From Macrostomum lignano (taxonomy: Eukaryota), in the NCBI GenBank assembly GCA_002269645.1, contig NIVC01000094.1, positions 868,001 to 932,000 of the forward strand: DNA of 64,000 bases, read 5' to 3'. Below, one piece after another: positions 59,414-64,000 of this stretch (position 1 is its first letter; every line of letters starts with the position of its first letter). The notes beneath the pieces were generated by a model. It saw only the letters and a list, made by a program, of their open reading frames with translations. It was not told the DNA's origin and did not search any database. Made by a program: the position numbers and the translations under genes.

Positions 59414-59986
59414 GCAGGTTGAAGCAACGTTTTGAGGAGCGTGAATAAACGCGAATCGACGAAGGATTGTTTCTTTCAGTGTTCTTAGTAATTCAATGGA
59501 TAAATCTACTGTACAGGAAATTGTGTTTCATGCGTTTAATTTATTTCTTTATAAAAACGGTGCATGTACAATCAGTACGTAGTGAACTACTGGCTACAGT
59601 AGTAACAGTAGTAGTAGTAGCAGCAGTAGTAAACAAAATCAGTATTCCGTCTTCCGGTTTTCGCCCGTTGTTGGTCCGCTTCTTCATCCGGTTCGGCCCC
59701 ACAGTCGCACTCGCCCAGTTTTCCCCCGCTTTTGGACCGCTTCCTCGTCCGGTTCGTTCAGCAGTCACGTTGGTCCAGTTTTCGCCCGCTTTTGGTCCGG
59801 CTGTTGGTCCGGGAACCGCCCGGACGAACTACCGGATGAAATTCCAGATGAGTACCGGGCGAAGCAACCGGACGAAGCCTTAAAAAAACATGTTCTCGTC
59901 CGGAATTGTAACCATTTCCGGACAAACGAGATAGGAGAAAATACATAACGCACCGGATGAAAAACCGGACCACTTGGCCAGGCAGG

Positions 59987-62900
59987 AAGACACTGCGATC
60001 CCGTTTCGATGGCAAGCTGAGCGTCCGATCGTTTGCAGAATTTTGGCGAAAATGTCCAGCACGATACCGCCAGGTCATCAAGCAGTTCTGTCAGCAAGGC
60101 TGGAGAGCAACGGACGACGCAACAGTGGGTGCGTCGGTCTAACTGAGAACCTCGGAGCGAACGATTTGGCAGCTGGCCGCTGGCTTGCTAAGGCCTTGGT
60201 GATCCCAAATAGCGGCAGCCGTCTGCCGACTCGACTCATCAATATCACGGAGGAGCCAGTCAGACTTCGCGCATAGGTTGTACGCTCGGGTGGTTCTACC
60301 CCTTAGAATCCACGGAACCGTTGAACACCATCGAGTTCTTGGCCGTCGAGTCAGGAGACAATCCATAGGAGAAACAGAATGTCCAAGGCGACAAGAGTAC
60401 TTCGGAAGCAGACTTGCTACCAAACTCGTACGGCGACTGCGAACTGTCGAAGGAAGAAGACGAAGAATTTCGAATCCTTGTCCGGAGTTACAGCGATGTG
60501 TTCACGACCAAGCAGACTTCAAGCAAGTTAACTACGGTGGTGGAGCATGAAACCGAGAATGCGTGCCCAATCAAGATTCCACCTCGTCGTCTGCCTCCCC
60601 ACTTACAGCCAGAAGTAGATCGCCAAGTCAACGAGCTGCTGCAAAAAGGGCAGATCGAAGAAGCACAGTCACCATGGAGCTTCCCTCTGATGTGCGTAAA
60701 GAAGAAATCAGGTGAAATGAGGATGTGCGTTGATTATCGAAAGTTGAATGAGGTCACTGTCAAGGATGCAGTGCCGATGTCGAGGGTCGACGACGCGCTG
60801 GAGGCAGTACACGGCGCCAAGATCTTCTCGACAATGGACCTTCACAGCGGATTTTGGCAAGTAGGGGTGAGACCTCAGGATCAAGACAAGACGGCGTTTG
60901 CAGTGCCGCATCGCGGACAATTTCGATGGAAGGTTATGCCGTTCGGCTTAGTGAACAGCCCAGCAACATTCACCAGGTTGATGGCAGCCGTATTGGACAA
61001 GCAGATGTGGAAGACCTGTCTGGTCTACATCGACGATATTCTGGTTTGGTCAACAGTCTTTGATGAACACCTGAGAAGACTGGAGGAAATATTCAGCAAG
61101 TTACGGCAAGCAAATTTGTGTCTGAAGCCCCAGAAGTGTCACTTTTTGCAAAAGCAAGTGAAATTTCTCGGTCACACGCTGTCGGCTGCTGGCATTAGTA
61201 CCGATGAGGAGAAAGTTCAAGAAGTGAAGGCCTGGCCAACACCGCGATCCTCGACGGAGCTGCATTCATCTTGGGCCTGGATGGCTATTAAAGGAACTTT
61301 ATTACCCGCAATAGCAGCGCCTCTAACTCGGTTAACAACAAAAGACAACAAAAGAAAGTTTGAGTGGGAAACGGAACAGCAGCTGGCGTTCGAAACATTG
61401 AAGGAACGAATGACAAGTTCAGAGGTTATAGCTCATCCGGATTTCTCCCCAGATGCCGGAGAGTTTATTCTCGATACTGATGGCAGTTCGAAGATGGGGA
61501 TAGGAGCTGTAATTTCTCAAGTCCAGTCAGATGGATCAGAACGAGCCTATGGTAGTATGGGTCCAAGACACTAAATCACGACTCGTTTAGAACTACTAGC
61601 GGTTGTGACTTTTCATCATGAAGTTCAGATATTATCTGCTTGGAAAAGCGTTCTGTCTGCGCACGGACCACAGCAGCCTGCAATGGTTAAAAAACTTCAG
61701 TGATGCCGAGGGACAGGTTGCTAGTTGGTTGGAGAAGTTGGCTCCATTTCAGTATTGCATCGTTCACAGACCAGGTCGATTGCATGGCAACGCGGACGCA
61801 ATTTCGAGGAAGCCAGTACGGAGACACTTTGGAGCGGAGACATGCCTTTCATGTGCGCAGCATCCGGAAGGACTAAATGCAGTCGAATTTGAACAATTTT
61901 CAGTCGGCAATCTGGCAAGCGAGCAGGATCAAGACGACGATTTAAGAACAGTAAAGGAAGCTCTTGGCTCAATCCCGGTTCCAGATAAAAGCGCGACTGC
62001 TTGGAGTCCATTAGCTAGAGCTGTTTGGACTCGAAAAGACGACCTGGTACTGCAAGAGAACGTGCTCCTGGTGAGGAACAAAGACAAGCGCGACGAGTAT
62101 CAAATTGTGCTGCCACGAAAGACTGGATCGTACCTTGAAAACCCTACACGAGGGAGTGGGAGGCGGCCACATGCGAAGACAAAATTAAAAGTGCTTCAGC
62201 GCTACTGGCGTCCAGGATTGTCTCGTGCCATTGAATAATATATTCGCGGTTGTGCCACCTGCTGCAAGTCAAAGCCGGGCAAGCGAAACCGAGCACCCCT
62301 GCAACCGTTGACATTCGCAGCACCATTCGATTGCGTCATGATGGACATTGTCGGGCCGCTACCGCGGAGTAAGGCTGGAAACATTTATCTCCTGACGGTC
62401 CAAGACTCGTTTACGAAATGGCCTGACCCGTACCCGCTTCGCAACCAGAAGGCAAGGACGGTGGCAAGGGCGCTTTTCAATCGATGGATTAGCCAGCATG
62501 GATGTCCGAGTACTTTGCACATTGACCAAGGAAGAAACTTCGAATCGCAAGTGATGCGCGAAATGTGCAGAATTCTCGAGATCCGCAAGTCCAGAACAAC
62601 AGCTTATCATCCGAGCGGAAATGGACAAGTAGAAAACTTCAATAAAAGCCTAAAATCCAAGCAGCACAATCAAGTGCTGCTTAGAAGATTCAGGACGAAA
62701 CGACTGGGAAGAATTTGTCAGCTCGGCGTTAATGGCGTACCGATCAAGCGTGCATAGAGCTACGGGTTATACCCCCCACTACATGGTCTATGGCACGGAG
62801 ATGCGCCTACCGATAGACTTGACTGACTAACCGCCACAGCCTGTCGAGTCGCATGTAAATTTCGTCAAGGAGCTAGAAGACAAGTTGCTGACAGCTCATC

Positions 62901-63445
62901 GCGCTGCTCGACAGCAGTTGAATACTTATCAGCGGCGACAGAAGGACCAGTACGATAAAAAACCCGAGGATCTGATATCCAGAAGGGTGACCATGTCTTC
63001 GTCTACTGCCGCGCCCTAAAACCAGACGAAGCCGCAAAGTTCCACGTAAGCTGGCTCGGCCCGGTGAAGGTGCTCGAAAGAAGATCTGAGGTGCTCTTCA
63101 AGGTGGAAAACCCGTCAAATCGTAAAAAGTCGAAGTTCGTCCACTTCAACAATCTCCGGAAGTTCGCTCGACCGGCCGCCCTGGAAGCACCAGTTGGCAC
63201 CGCGGCACCGCCGGAGGTAGTCGCCGAGACGGACTCGGAGTGAGATGCGGACTCGGCCTTGGACTCGGCCTCAACCGATGCCGCCACAGGTCGCCGAGGA
63301 AGTCGCCGAGGTGCTGGAAGAGCAGATGGAGTTTGTTGACGGCCCGCAGACTATCCATAACCCAGTGGAAGCCGCACCCGAGCCTCAAAGGTCCGGAAGG
63401 TTGCGTCGGCCGCCAGATCGCTATGGCCAGCCAGTGACATTCTAA
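59987..63445 (+). pseudogene. pol: Ty3/Gypsy pol (RT, RNase H, integrase) with stops and frameshifts; protease not found
   Basis: SPWSFPLMCVKKK, RMCVDYRKLN, VMPFGLVNSPATF, YIDD; ILDTDGS..IGAVISQ, RTDHSSLQWL, NADAISR; MDIVGPLP, DQGRNFES, TTAYHPSGNGQVE; C-terminal RSGRLRRPPDRY. Order RT-RH-IN is Gypsy-type. Confidence 0.92.
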
Positions 63446-63850
63446 TGGGTTATCCGTCATCGTGAAGTCTCATCAGCTTCATATGCGATTATCATTAAAA
63501 GCTAAAAATTTACTTCACCAATGCGTCATTCATCATGAATACGAGTACTTCACTCATGCATCATTCATCATGAGTACGAGCAGTTCGCCAATGCGTAATT
63601 CAAGTAGTTCGTCAATGCGTCATTAAAATCACCTTACGGCACGGATTAAGGTGGCTATCGTTGTGTTTCCAAGTCACCTCTCTCTCTCTAAGCAAATATT
63701 TTGGTGGTGGACTGGGTATTGGACCCTTGTGCGGTTTCTGGTCTGGTAGAAGCGACGGGACCGAAAGGTCGGCTGATGACGCTCTAGCAACGAACCTAGG
63801 GAGCTAGGGATGTGCGTAGGAAATCTCAAAGCGGCTGCCTCGTGTTGCAG

Positions 63851-64000
63851 ATGAATTTGTACGCCGTGCTCGGAGTCCAGCACTCGGCCGAGCGTGCCGA
63901 GATCAGGCGAGTCTATCGACAGCTTGCACTCTTCTGGCACCCGGACAAGTACCCGGACAGGGAGCTCGCCAGCCGCCGATTTCAAGAGATCGAGACGGCC
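63851..64000 (+). CDS. J-domain (DnaJ/Hsp40) ORF, partial, runs off the window
   Basis: Manual translation MNLYAVLGVQHSAERAEIRRVYRQLALFWHPDKYPDRELASRRFQEIETA shows J-domain helices and an intact HPD motif. It is preceded directly by a TTGCAG acceptor-like site. Confidence 0.85.
   Translation, partial: MNLYAVLGVQHSAERAEIRRVYRQLALFWHPDKYPDRELASRRFQEIETA

Larger units (their letters stand above)
52723..59986 (+). mobile_element. EnSpm/CACTA (CMC)-like DNA transposon, ~7.3 kb, degenerate, inserted in the Gypsy element
   Basis: Dense TCCGG/CCGGA subterminal repeats at both ends (52725-52870 and 59650-59970). It contains a Tnp2-type transposase and a second accessory ORF. Gypsy sequence resumes after 59986. 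The left TIR appears incomplete. Confidence 0.75.

Noticed and set aside
63750-63815. Hammerhead-like CTGATGA near GAAA and GGAG hairpins (also CTGANGA at ~25798, ~27543, ~32163, ~56898)
   Set aside because: None has a stem II closed by GAAA in the right register with a matching cleavage triplet. The hairpins at 63750-63810 may still be element RNA structure.

Overview
Eukaryotic, intron-rich and repeat-dense genomic DNA. It is most consistent with a free-living flatworm such as Macrostomum (inferred from a two-alpha-crystallin-domain sHSP, an SL-like leader sequence and minisatellite-filled introns). Host genes: (1) a partial small heat-shock gene with a 4-unit HSE at the left edge; (2) a broken ERI3-like exonuclease; (3) a lipin gene with an internal ~1.6-kb tandem duplication; (4) an ATR kinase gene on the minus strand, with 18 in-phase exons from 50906 to 14631 and its 5' part beyond the window; (5) a complete 6-exon TOX-like HMG-box gene nested antisense in a 23-kb ATR intron. 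From ~51350 to the end is a stack of nested mobile elements: an LTR, then a Ty3/Gypsy element (LTR, Lys-type PBS, gag, decayed pol), interrupted by an EnSpm/CACTA-like DNA transposon with a BEN-domain accessory ORF. A J-domain ORF starts ~400 bp after the integrase. The most notable signals are a flatworm spliced-leader-like sequence plus an SL-RNA-like donor site in the outer LTR, the J-domain ORF in the env position, and a minisatellite that arose from the tRNA head of a SINE. Family assignments come from motif recall; no database searches were run.
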